Source: Granulosicoccus sp.
GTDB lineage: Bacteria > Pseudomonadota > Gammaproteobacteria > Granulosicoccales > Granulosicoccaceae
Direction of reading: 5' to 3'
Length of the DNA: 64,000 bases
Assembly (NCBI GenBank): GCA_045110515.1
Contig: JBGCGD010000004.1
Span: forward strand, 89,033-153,032
Below the pieces are notes generated by a model that ran no database searches, was not told the origin of the DNA, and was given only the letters and a program-made list of their open reading frames with translations. Both the position numbers and the translations under genes were made by a program. Shown here piece by piece: positions 19,531-28,837 of this stretch (position 1 is its first letter; each line of letters begins with the position of its first letter).

Positions 19531-21726
19531 CTAAACCTGGCAAACGTCACCAACACCGTCGTTGTCGGTATCTAACTGATCAGCATTGGCGACAGCGGGG
19601 CAATTATCGTCAGCGTCTGCGACTAAATCACCGTCACTATCAAGTAACGTGTCACACACGTCACCCGTACCGTCACCGTCTGTATCTAACTGATCGGCAT
19701 TGGCGACTGCGGGACAATTATCATCAGCGTCAGCAACCGTGTCACCGTCGCTATCTGTCAACACGTCACAGGCATCACCAATACCATCACCGTCTGTATC
19801 AGTTTGAGCGGCATTGGCATCATTTGGACAGTTGTCAACGGCATTTAGCACGCCGTCGCCATCTAGATCTAAACCATTAGTCGTGTCGCAGACGTCACCT
19901 ATTCCGTCGCCATCTGTATCTGTCTGATCCGCATTTGCATCTACGGGGCAATTGTCATCTGCGTCAGCAATTAGATCGCCGTCACTGTCAGTCAACGTGT
20001 CACAAGCATCGCCGATACCATCACCGTCAGTGTCGGTTTGCGCAGCGTTGGCATCATTTGGGCAGTTATCAGCAGCGTTGTCTATTCCATCATTGTCTAA
20101 ATCAAGACCGTTGGTTGAATCACAGACATCACCTATTCCATCGCCGTCCGCATCTGCTTGATCGGCGTTTGGAATAGCCGGACAGTTATCAGCCGGATTG
20201 TTTACAGAGTCGTTATCCGGATCCAGACCATTGGTCGGATCACAAACGTCACCGATACCGTCACCATCGACATCAGCCTGATCACTGTTTGCATCGGTAG
20301 GGCAGTTGTCCAGGGGGTCATTAACATTATCGCCATCGGGGTCCAAGCCATTAGTTAAATCACAGGCATCACCGATTCCATCCCCATCAACGTCTGCCTG
20401 ATCACTATTGGCATCGGTTGGGCAATTATCTGCAGGATCATTGACACCATCATCATCTGGGTCCAGACCGTTTATTGCATCGCATACGTCACCTATGGAA
20501 TCACCATCAACATCGTTTTGATCGGCATTAGAGATGGCCGGACAGTTATCTACGGCATCTCTGACTCCATCGCCGTCAGAATCTGTGTCGTCAGATAAAT
20601 CACACAGATCACCAAGACCATCATTGTCAATATCCGCTTGATCAGGGTTCGCGCGTGCTGGACAGTTATCTACATCGTTGTTTACACCATCACCATCCGT
20701 GTCGTCATCGTTGATGAGATCACAAGCATCGCCCGCCCCATCATTGTCGATATCAGCCTGATCCGGATTCGAATTGGTTGGACAATTATCAGTCTCATCC
20801 GGGATGCCATCATTGTCTTCATCCTTAGGAGGATCCTCAGCATCCAGTGCATCAGTGCCCTGCGCAGTTTCCTGTATGTTGCTCAGTTCGTCGTCGTCAC
20901 TGTTGTAGCTATCGGTCTCATAATCGTTCTCTCCAATGACAACCGTTGTGCCACCACCCGCGTTCTGATTACGCGAAACATGTGCGATAAGCAGCGTTTG
21001 TTCCGTAGTCGAATAAAAATTAACATCGATAAGCGGATCGGAGTTTTCAGTGACTGTGACGCTACCTTGCCAGTCATTACCTTCACGCGTTAGCAAGACA
21101 GGCGTCCCGTTAACAGTAGCGGTTGCATCCACAGCCGCTTTACGTTCTTCGGTCGCATCAACCATCTCGACGGGTAATTTCAGTTGAACAACCAAATTCA
21201 CGAGTACTGGTGGTGCTATGGGCGACGTCGAGTCGTTGAACAAAAAACCTTCGCGACGTTCTTGAAGATTGGAATACCCGTCGCCGTCCGCATCCATAGA
21301 CGTATCGAATTCAGTGAACCTCAACAATACAGGGCTTGAAACAGATCCGACATTTAGCGGCTTACTTGCACGGGCCAGAGGTAGCTCCTCGCCCTCTAAA
21401 AGCTCTACCCATTCTATGGATACAACCGTTGAGGAAAGAGGCGGCAAGGTTGTTTGAAATACGTATTGGCCTTCGGCATCAGACTCGATTTCGAAAGTCT
21501 GTCCGTTGATCGTTACGCGCAGTCTAAGATTCGGTCGAATAATAGTTCGTGATTGCAGCAGTATGTCTGGTGCGGTGAATGCCATGTTGGCCATCCCATC
21601 TGCAACACCGACCGTGTTGGTATCATCCTGCTGATTGCAGCCGGAAACAAACGAAAGCACTGTTGCCAATAATACTGCACTAAACAGTCGAGACAACAGC
21701 CGTTTGAAACGTCCTTGATTCATCAT
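19531..21726 (-). CDS. Thrombospondin type-3 repeat lipoprotein
   Basis: Lipobox VSGC; two related ~120-aa N-terminal modules; 11 DxDxDG…DNCP…NxDQxDxDxDGxGDxCD units. Confidence 0.9.
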   Translation of the reverse strand: MMNQGRFKRLLSRLFSAVLLATVLSFVSGCNQQDDTNTVGVADGMANMAFTAPDILLQSRTIIRPNLRLRVTINGQTFEIESDAEGQYVFQTTLPPLSSTVVSIEWVELLEGEELPLARASKPLNVGSVSSPVLLRFTEFDTSMDADGDGYSNLQERREGFLFNDSTSPIAPPVLVNLVVQLKLPVEMVDATEERKAAVDATATVNGTPVLLTREGNDWQGSVTVTENSDPLIDVNFYSTTEQTLLIAHVSRNQNAGGGTTVVIGENDYETDSYNSDDDELSNIQETAQGTDALDAEDPPKDEDNDGIPDETDNCPTNSNPDQADIDNDGAGDACDLINDDDTDGDGVNNDVDNCPARANPDQADIDNDGLGDLCDLSDDTDSDGDGVRDAVDNCPAISNADQNDVDGDSIGDVCDAINGLDPDDDGVNDPADNCPTDANSDQADVDGDGIGDACDLTNGLDPDGDNVNDPLDNCPTDANSDQADVDGDGIGDVCDPTNGLDPDNDSVNNPADNCPAIPNADQADADGDGIGDVCDSTNGLDLDNDGIDNAADNCPNDANAAQTDTDGDGIGDACDTLTDSDGDLIADADDNCPVDANADQTDTDGDGIGDVCDTTNGLDLDGDGVLNAVDNCPNDANAAQTDTDGDGIGDACDVLTDSDGDTVADADDNCPAVANADQLDTDGDGTGDVCDTLLDSDGDLVADADDNCPAVANADQLDTDNDGVGDVCQV
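19534..20823 (-). repeat. 11 tandem coding repeats of 38-40 aa (TSP3 Ca2+-binding)
   Basis: 11 DNCP occurrences counted in the translation; degenerate at DNA level. Confidence 0.9.
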
Positions 21727-22322
21727 GGTAGTTGATCCACTACGACAGTTACGGGCACGCCAGCACTAGAGCTACCTCCTCCGCCAGCTGCAGACGCCAG
21801 CACACCAACCACTAACAGTCCTACTGCGCCATAAAGTAGTTTTCGGTTAAACGATATACCCGATGTTTCAACCGGCTCATTAGTCACTTGTGCCACAGGT
21901 GTCTTCGGTGTAACTAATTGTCGCTCTATAGGGTCAAACGCGAAACCTTGTAAGGCTCGATTACCGGCGCTATCAAAGGCTTCGATGTAATACTGGATAA
22001 ACGTTGCAGCGGGTGGTAACTCTTCGCTAGAAACGGTCGCTGTGTAAATACCACTATTACCTAGTATGTTTAGCTGGCGCTTCAGATACGGTGTTGATTC
22101 AGCAAAGCGGTAATACAAGGTAACGCTGCCAATTTCTGTGTTGTCCGCCACCGAGGCTGCAAATACCTGACTGTCTCCGGCATTGCCAGAGGAGACAGCC
22201 TCGAACTCTATAACAGGCGGTTCAATATCCGCTGACTGCGCATTAACCACACCTGGCATGGAGAACAGCTGCAGGAAGGTGATGAGCATCACCACTAAGC
22301 GTTTGCTAACGTTATCTAACAT
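21723..22322 (-). CDS. Exported Ig/FN3-like protein with C-terminal hydrophobic helix and Gly/Ser tract
   Basis: Signal peptide ending VNA|Q; DIEPPVI…VADN…VTLYYR…QYYIEAFDSAGN beta-sandwich pattern; LLYGAVGLLVVGVLASAAGGGGSSS. Stop overlaps the next ATG. Start reassigned to 22322. Confidence 0.6.
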   Translation of the reverse strand: MLDNVSKRLVVMLITFLQLFSMPGVVNAQSADIEPPVIEFEAVSSGNAGDSQVFAASVADNTEIGSVTLYYRFAESTPYLKRQLNILGNSGIYTATVSSEELPPAATFIQYYIEAFDSAGNRALQGFAFDPIERQLVTPKTPVAQVTNEPVETSGISFNRKLLYGAVGLLVVGVLASAAGGGGSSSAGVPVTVVVDQLP

Positions 22323-22357
22323 AAAATTTGAATTACCTGATGGCGAGTATTCAACGC

Positions 22358-24370
22358 TTACCAACTAATAGCTGACCAATCATTGCCGTCGCGGCTACTG
22401 ATCAAACGAATTGACTGCATATCGGAAGGCGGCACAGCGAGGCTACCGTCAGCCCTCTCAATGGATTTAATCTGCAGCGTTCCATTGATCTCACCAGTCG
22501 CATCACTCGTGGACACATTGCGGATTCGTACATCAATGCCAACGCTGTTTTCAAACACCTGCATAAATTGTTGAACACGCAGTCCCGAACGCTTCGTCAA
22601 ACTGACGACCTGTCCAATGTCTCGACTGCTGATCGCTTTCTGTAAATCTGTAAATTTTTTGTAAACCGTTTGGAGATCGTCGTCAGTGATTGCACGGGGA
22701 GCTACGTTGACCACACTTGTATTGTTTTCAAAACCTTCCGTTGATTGTGATTTAGCCACTGCAACGGCGTTGCGATTTTGGGTCCGGCTCGCAGCCTGAG
22801 CAGCTGCAGCGTTTGCTGCCTCTATCTCGCGTACGCGTGCTAGTCTTTGCTCTAAGACAGTACGTCGCTCTGCAGCCGCTCTTTCGTTGGCAATACGTCT
22901 ATCTGTTGCGATACGATCGGCTTCGGCTATTTGTCGTCTGGCCTCTTCCCTTGCAGTTTCTTCTAACGCATCCAGGCGAATTTTTTCGGCCCTCGCAGCC
23001 GTAAGTTCCGAAGCGGTTCGAGCTTGTTGTCGTTGCTGTAGTCTGGCCGCTTCTGCGCGAGCGGCTTCTGTCGTGGCGGCTTCATCAGCAGCGGCTCTAG
23101 CTTGCTGCCTGGCTTCTTCAGCAGCGGCTTCAACACTATCGCGTGACTGCTGGCGCGCTAATGCTTGTTCTTGCGTAGCTAGCAGCCTCTGCTCTTCCAG
23201 ACGAGCCGCTTCATCGGCTGCAGCCTGCGCAGTCTGTCGCTGTACATTCAAACGTTCTTGTTCTGCAGCCAGTTGTTCAGTCCGACGCACTTCCGCCAAT
23301 CGAGCGGCCTCTATCGAAGCGACTCGGGCAGCTTCCGCTTGGCGACGATCTTCTTGCCTTGCAGCCTCAGCCACTTGCGAAGCCTGAAGCTGAACGGCAG
23401 CCTCATTTTTTAATTCTGCAATGTTGGCCTCAATGGCTTGGAATTCAGAAGCGCCGTACCCGTACAACGTTCTATCCATGGAATTCAACGCTCGCTCAGC
23501 ATCAGCATAGGCCCCGCTACTAACAAGAGCTTCCAACGCCGCTAACTGTTCGCGAAATTGCACCATGAGAGAAGACGGTTCTGCAAGGTTTCCTGCACTA
23601 TCAGGAGCCACGTCACTCAGCGCCGTGTTAGTGTCGGCAACAGCGGGCTCTACCTTTGCCTCCACTACCCCCGTATTTTCATCATTCTCAACCGTTGCGT
23701 TTAATGATGAGGGCAGTTCGCCGCGCTGAGTTTCTGACAAAAACTCATCATCGAACGCCAGTTCAGTTTGCGAATGGATGAGCTGGTCTAGTTTCCCCGA
23801 AAAATAAAGGTAACTAACTCCACCCACTATCAACAAGGCTGCAGTACCTAGGGCGAACCATCTGATCAAACTTTCTTTTGGATCTTCGTCAGGCTGATCA
23901 AAAGTGGTTGCCACCCCTTCACGCCAGTCGTTACCGAAATCCAGTTCATTACGATTGCCACGTTTAAGTGAACTGAACTCCTTCTCAAGTTCTATGTCCT
24001 CATCATTGGCAGGCGACTGCGTCGGTGGACGTACGTTGCTCTGTCGATTTCGTGCAGTCCGCTTTTTCTTGACCGGACGAAGGTCAGGAGCACTTAAAGT
24101 AGTGTCTTCGAGAAAATCTAAGTCGTCTACATTTTTAGCATGCTTAGCCGTCGTAAGCGGTGGCGGAGGTGCTACAGGATCTCCGGGTTTCGGTGGTAGA
24201 AGAGGTCCAGATTTTGAAACCGGTACGGGTGGTCTGATGGTAGGCATGGTCCTACGCATGGACTTTTTAGCTACTTTTCTGCGAGCAGTTTGCTCCTCGT
24301 CGCCTTCTGAAAGGAAGTCGAACATGGACTCGTGGTCCGGTTTGTTACGATCGAATTCTGGTTTCGACAT
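22358..24370 (-). CDS. Bitopic inner-membrane protein with TolA-like Ala/Glu/Arg coiled coil and globular C-terminal domain
   Basis: ~165-aa charged/Pro-rich N-terminus, one TM (WFALGTAALLIVGGVSYLYF), ~200-aa A/E/R/Q helix and ~110-aa C-terminal alpha+beta domain. Confidence 0.65.
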   Translation of the reverse strand: MSKPEFDRNKPDHESMFDFLSEGDEEQTARRKVAKKSMRRTMPTIRPPVPVSKSGPLLPPKPGDPVAPPPPLTTAKHAKNVDDLDFLEDTTLSAPDLRPVKKKRTARNRQSNVRPPTQSPANDEDIELEKEFSSLKRGNRNELDFGNDWREGVATTFDQPDEDPKESLIRWFALGTAALLIVGGVSYLYFSGKLDQLIHSQTELAFDDEFLSETQRGELPSSLNATVENDENTGVVEAKVEPAVADTNTALSDVAPDSAGNLAEPSSLMVQFREQLAALEALVSSGAYADAERALNSMDRTLYGYGASEFQAIEANIAELKNEAAVQLQASQVAEAARQEDRRQAEAARVASIEAARLAEVRRTEQLAAEQERLNVQRQTAQAAADEAARLEEQRLLATQEQALARQQSRDSVEAAAEEARQQARAAADEAATTEAARAEAARLQQRQQARTASELTAARAEKIRLDALEETAREEARRQIAEADRIATDRRIANERAAAERRTVLEQRLARVREIEAANAAAAQAASRTQNRNAVAVAKSQSTEGFENNTSVVNVAPRAITDDDLQTVYKKFTDLQKAISSRDIGQVVSLTKRSGLRVQQFMQVFENSVGIDVRIRNVSTSDATGEINGTLQIKSIERADGSLAVPPSDMQSIRLISSRDGNDWSAISW

Positions 24371-24539
24371 AAGCTACGAGTCAATGTGATTCAGATACAA
24401 CGTGTATCACAGTTTTTTGGATTAGCATGCTCCAATGATAAACGATATGGGAGCGTCAATAACCGGTAATAGTGTGATGTTACAACGGTTTGCGGCATAA
24501 TTTCCGATATGGTAATCCGCAAACTGGGACATTGGGTGG

Positions 24540-25073
24540 CTATTCGACGCTAAGCCGCAAGCTCCAGGTCTCGGCTGCTAAACCCAAAGGCTGCGATTCA
24601 GGCAGCAAAATAGTCACTGAAGCTGCCTCCGACGGCCCTGTCGCAAGCCATGCACCGGACGTTAACGCCGTTCGCGATGCCTCAATACCGTTAATGTGAG
24701 TCGGTGAATGCACCACGCGAGGGTCTGGGAGTAAGGTCTGTGCAATCTGCTGCCCGTCAGAGTTTTTCCAAACGAGCCTGACAAATGTATCGATTCCCTG
24801 GATACTTCTTCCAGAGGCCGGATACACGCTAGCACTGGCAATAGAGCGACCGCGTGCGATTGGCGCTGAACCAATAGTGGGTTGCGATATTTTGGCCGAA
24901 ATACTCGCAGAGGAACTCAGCTCAGTTGATTTAGCTAACCGCTCCTCTGGTGCTACGGGAAACAGGCGATGCAAGAAATGACCAGACTCATCAAAGCGAA
25001 TGAGCAGCCTCACATCGGCTGACGCTGTGTTTGAAATCAGCGAAATAGCTAGAAGCCAATACCACCTGTTCAT
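24540..25073 (-). CDS. Secreted hypothetical protein coupled to the M64 peptidase
   Basis: ATG at 25073 overlaps the M64 TGA (ATGA); signal peptide ending ASA|D; LVWKNSDGQQIAQTLLPDPRVVH. Confidence 0.65.
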   Translation of the reverse strand: MNRWYWLLAISLISNTASADVRLLIRFDESGHFLHRLFPVAPEERLAKSTELSSSASISAKISQPTIGSAPIARGRSIASASVYPASGRSIQGIDTFVRLVWKNSDGQQIAQTLLPDPRVVHSPTHINGIEASRTALTSGAWLATGPSEAASVTILLPESQPLGLAAETWSLRLSVE

Positions 25074-27124
25074 TCGACAACCACCTGCCATGTCCAATTG
25101 AAAATTCCCGCATGCGGTGCTGGAAGCTTGATTTTTCCACTGATATCACTGACACGCAATGCAACGGTGTGGGTACCCACAGGTGGCGAGAGCACAAGTC
25201 GATTAGGGTTATTGTCGGTAGCCGGCTGAGCGACACCGTTAAAGGTCCACTCAACCATCTGGACGTCATTACCGAATATGGGACTGACAATAAATTCCTG
25301 AGACTCTCCGGCATTAACCTGAATGATCTCGGTGTTGGGTGAAAAACCCCGAATGCCTTCTGTCAGGGAATATAAACGCAGTATCCACTGCTCGCTGTTA
25401 ACAGGGCCGAATGAGGCATCAAATGATCGCATCCGGCTGTTAAACGTCGGCCGAAAAATACCGCTTGCTCGATACAAACCACCTTCAAAGAGTCCAACGC
25501 CTGGCTCACCAAAGCTTTGTGGCAAGGGTACTGAGGGATCAATCCAGTGCGCCCAGGGCACAGCTGCGGGATCGGTCAGCGCCGTTACATTCTTATAACG
25601 CCCCTCTTGAAAAAGCTGTAGCCCAGATGTCTCTTCGATCAGGGTATCCACATACTCATCTGCAAGGTCGACAAGACTATGCCCCATCTCGTGAACAGCT
25701 ATCTCAGGAAAATAAGCGGACGTTATCGCAACACTTCCGCCACTGTTACCACTACCACCATATCGGCGATCGTTCACCAATAAGACGATTTGATCAACTG
25801 ACGGATACTCTCCCAATGCGGTTTCAAACATAGACAAGGTATTAGCGCAAATGAGCCTGAGAACGCCGCCACAGTTGTACGCGCTGTCGAAAGCTGTGTC
25901 TCTGCTATCAACGTTTTCATTGTCATCGGCCCCCGAACTCGCAGATACCGTGTTGATCATATGTATATTAAACGCACCGAGATGGCTGCCGATTCCTTCG
26001 TCTGCACGAATACTGGCAATAGCATCATCAACATGTTCACGAAACAAAGCTTGTTGATCTATCGAATAGCCATCGCCCAAGGCAACCACATGCACGCCCC
26101 TGCCTTGCTTACTCCCTAACAAGGTTCTGCCCGCACCAGATGCGGTTAGTGGGTACAACGTTATAGGCACGATTTCACGGCTGGTTGTTCCTTGTCGATC
26201 GCGTGCCGTTATAACAAGGTTGACGTTTGTGACATCGTTAACATCGGCAGCGATTAAGGTGATTGAACCCGCATTGACCTCGCTATTAATAAAATCATTG
26301 CTTTCAACGCTTATGGTGACCTGATCGCCGTCTAAATCATCAGGAAACACCTGCGCTGTTACGCGCTCTCTTGCGTTGAGTTCAACCGGCAATTGAGTGA
26401 TGTTCAGCGTTGGTGGATCGTTTACATCGATGACTTCGAAACGCACTCCGCTCACCTCGGTGAATAATCCTTCAGGATCGGTTACGCGGAAAGTGATATC
26501 GCCACTGAAACCGACATCAGTCTGGCTTGGCTGCCCCACCAACAGCCCGCTCGTCGCGTTAAGACTTAGCCAGGACGGGAGCCCATTTGCGCTATAACGC
26601 AGATCCGAGTCATCAACATCCGTCGCAATCAATTGAACTTGAAAGTCACGCCCTTGTTCGGCAACCCGCGGAATGTCAGCGGACAAGACTGGCGCATCAT
26701 TGACCGACGAAATGGTGAGTTCGACATTGACCTCCTGCCCGTCAAAACTGATGTAAGTAAACGCATCTTCACCGAAGTAGTCGTCAGCAACTGTGTACAA
26801 AAAAACCTGCCCCTGTGCTTGTAGGGTCAGCACTCCCTGCGCAGGCAAGGAGCGTATCGTTACAGGCCCCTCAGGCGGATCGTCGCCTGAATAAAATCTG
26901 CCTCGTAGCAATGTGTCCTCATTGAGAGCAAAACGCTGAACAGCCGCACCACTTTCACGAAAACTGAGTTGTGAGCTTATGATTTCCTCATTGCTACCGG
27001 CGAAATCATCGGTAGGAGGAGAAATGATACTGCTACCCGAGTCACAAGCTGTGAGCACGACACAGCACGCTGCAATGATTGCAGCCTGCGGTGATCGGGT
27101 AAATAGGTGAAGTATCCCTTTCAT
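25070..27124 (-). CDS. M64 (IgA peptidase-family) zinc metallopeptidase lipoprotein with Ig/cadherin-like repeats
   Basis: Lipobox LTAC; NDAP/NDPP cadherin-like and GLPSWL…SG He_PIG-like domains; LGDGY, YGGSG, HEMGHSLVDLADEY and GLFEGG…FRP…SRM M64 motifs. Confidence 0.87.
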   Translation of the reverse strand: MKGILHLFTRSPQAAIIAACCVVLTACDSGSSIISPPTDDFAGSNEEIISSQLSFRESGAAVQRFALNEDTLLRGRFYSGDDPPEGPVTIRSLPAQGVLTLQAQGQVFLYTVADDYFGEDAFTYISFDGQEVNVELTISSVNDAPVLSADIPRVAEQGRDFQVQLIATDVDDSDLRYSANGLPSWLSLNATSGLLVGQPSQTDVGFSGDITFRVTDPEGLFTEVSGVRFEVIDVNDPPTLNITQLPVELNARERVTAQVFPDDLDGDQVTISVESNDFINSEVNAGSITLIAADVNDVTNVNLVITARDRQGTTSREIVPITLYPLTASGAGRTLLGSKQGRGVHVVALGDGYSIDQQALFREHVDDAIASIRADEGIGSHLGAFNIHMINTVSASSGADDNENVDSRDTAFDSAYNCGGVLRLICANTLSMFETALGEYPSVDQIVLLVNDRRYGGSGNSGGSVAITSAYFPEIAVHEMGHSLVDLADEYVDTLIEETSGLQLFQEGRYKNVTALTDPAAVPWAHWIDPSVPLPQSFGEPGVGLFEGGLYRASGIFRPTFNSRMRSFDASFGPVNSEQWILRLYSLTEGIRGFSPNTEIIQVNAGESQEFIVSPIFGNDVQMVEWTFNGVAQPATDNNPNRLVLSPPVGTHTVALRVSDISGKIKLPAPHAGIFNWTWQVVVE

Positions 27125-27154
27125 ATCATCGTAGACTTTTTCGCCTAGCTAGGC

Positions 27155-28012
27155 TTACAAGTCTTGATGTTCTAAAGCAGTTTGAATGTAGATTTTTCGT
27201 AGCTCTGTACTGACAGGTCCCGGCTTTCCATTACCTAGTGGAACCCCATCAATGTTGACTACTGGCATAACAAACGTCGAGGCACTGGTGATGAACGCTT
27301 CGCTAGCCTGTCTGGCCTCCTCGATACTAAAGGGTTCTTCAACCACCGTGTACCCTGCCTGGGATGCAAATTTAAGAACGGTTTGTCGAGTGATACCGCT
27401 AAGAATTTCATGACCTAATTGTCGAGTTTGGATCTTTTTATCAGCTGTGACAATGTAGGCATTGTTTGACGTACCTTCGGTTACCAAACCGTTTTCAACC
27501 ATCCACGCATCGTGGACTCCCGCGTCAACAGCGGCCTGTTTGCCCATGCAAGGAGCGAGCAAACCGACGGTTTTTATATCCCGTCTTTTCCAACGCTGAT
27601 CTTCGATAGAAATAATATGCAACCCTTGCTCAGCCATTGGCGACTCAAGCAGGTTTTTAGCTTGCGTGAACATCACTAACGACGACTTGGCATTGGCCGG
27701 GTATGCAAAATCCCGATCGGCTACGCCCCTTGAGACCTGAAGGTATAACAGGCCTTCATCAAGATTGTTCATCTCCACAAGTTTTAATTGGGCGGCGACT
27801 ATATCTTCATCGGAGCAAGGAGGTGCCATCGCCAGCTCAGACATTGACCTGGACAATCGCTTTAAATGTGCAGCATTGTCGATTAGTCGACCTTTTAATA
27901 TCGTGGACACTTCATACACAGCGTCTGCGAATAAAAAGCCACGATCAAGAACCGAAATTTTCGCGTCCTCTTCAGCTACAAAATCACCATTTACATAAAA
28001 CGTTCGATTCAT
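27155..28012 (-). CDS. dat: D-amino-acid aminotransferase (class IV PLP enzyme)
   Basis: DRGFLFADAVYEV, YLQVSRG, RRDIKTV (PLP Lys), EGTSNN and ILSGITR. Confidence 0.88.
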   Translation of the reverse strand: MNRTFYVNGDFVAEEDAKISVLDRGFLFADAVYEVSTILKGRLIDNAAHLKRLSRSMSELAMAPPCSDEDIVAAQLKLVEMNNLDEGLLYLQVSRGVADRDFAYPANAKSSLVMFTQAKNLLESPMAEQGLHIISIEDQRWKRRDIKTVGLLAPCMGKQAAVDAGVHDAWMVENGLVTEGTSNNAYIVTADKKIQTRQLGHEILSGITRQTVLKFASQAGYTVVEEPFSIEEARQASEAFITSASTFVMPVVNIDGVPLGNGKPGPVSTELRKIYIQTALEHQDL

Positions 28013-28079
28013 TATTGGGGTTAATCCTCAAATCGCCGCAGCACAGCTAGCGGGTTAAGTCGTTAAAAAGTCGTGAGTT

Positions 28080-28793
28080 TCACTGCTGAAAAAGAGTGAC
28101 GACGTCTGGTATTGCCTGAACCTCGTAATCCGGCGGTTTCAAATGCTCAGGCCAGTCCTGATTATACGGGTTGAACCACAAAGTCTGCACTCCAACAGCA
28201 CCAGCGCCGTAAACATCTGTTACGGGATTGTCGCCGATATGAAGCAGGGAATCGGGGGAAATTTTCATATCTGCGAGGCATTGCTGGAACATATCGGGGG
28301 CCGGCTTCTCCAAGAGTGTCAAATTAGCGGCATATATTCGCTCAAAATACTTCTCAATACCAATACTTTGTAAATCGGCGTTTCCGTTGGTGATCGCCGC
28401 TAGCCTAAATGTCTGATTCAACTGATCGAGCATACTGATCACACCTTCGTACAAAACCACCTCACTACGGGCTTTATAAAACACGGCAAACGCCTCTTCC
28501 GCCCATCCTTCCGGATATCCATACTCCAACAGGAGTATTTTCAATCCCTGCTTTCTGATGGCTGTGACACAGCGCGTAAGCTCTGGGTACGCAGCCCTCA
28601 CCTGTTTTCGGTGCTCCATTAACGATTCGGGGCTATGCACTTTGGTGATGGCTGGGGTCTTTTGTTTATGCCATTCGTACAGGGCTTTTTCAGCTTTTCT
28701 AATAGCCGGAGCGCAGTCCCACAGCGTGTCATCTAAATCAAATGAAATCGCTTGAATTCGCGAAAGCCTATTGGGCAATTGGTCTGGCGGCAT
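28080..28793 (-). CDS. HAD-family hydrolase (YigB-like)
   Basis: FDLDDTLW, ITNGN, KP and HIGDNPVTDV motifs. Start set at ATG 28793, which has an AGGA RBS; the longer ORF-track version overlaps the opposite-strand gene. Confidence 0.88.
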   Translation of the reverse strand: MPPDQLPNRLSRIQAISFDLDDTLWDCAPAIRKAEKALYEWHKQKTPAITKVHSPESLMEHRKQVRAAYPELTRCVTAIRKQGLKILLLEYGYPEGWAEEAFAVFYKARSEVVLYEGVISMLDQLNQTFRLAAITNGNADLQSIGIEKYFERIYAANLTLLEKPAPDMFQQCLADMKISPDSLLHIGDNPVTDVYGAGAVGVQTLWFNPYNQDWPEHLKPPDYEVQAIPDVVTLFQQ

Positions 28794-28823
28794 TTGGGGA
28801 TTCCTAAAGCGCGTGTATAGCGC

Positions 28824-28831
28824 ACTATAAT
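28824..28831. promoter_or_regulatory. Overlapping divergent -10 hexamers: TATAAT (+, 28826-28831) and TATAGT (-, 28829-28824)
   Basis: Lies in the 44-bp gap between divergent starts at 28793 and 28838. Confidence 0.55.
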
Positions 28832-28837
28832 GTGTCG

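Noticed and set aside
19534-20823. Regularly spaced repeats that could suggest a CRISPR array
   Set aside because: They are degenerate, in-frame protein repeats (TSP3) with no identical DNA repeat-spacer structure, and no cas genes are present.
22383-24389. Plus-strand Ala/Ser/Arg-rich ORFs such as 22887-23387 and 23904-24389
   Set aside because: Antisense shadows of the low-complexity TolA-like gene.
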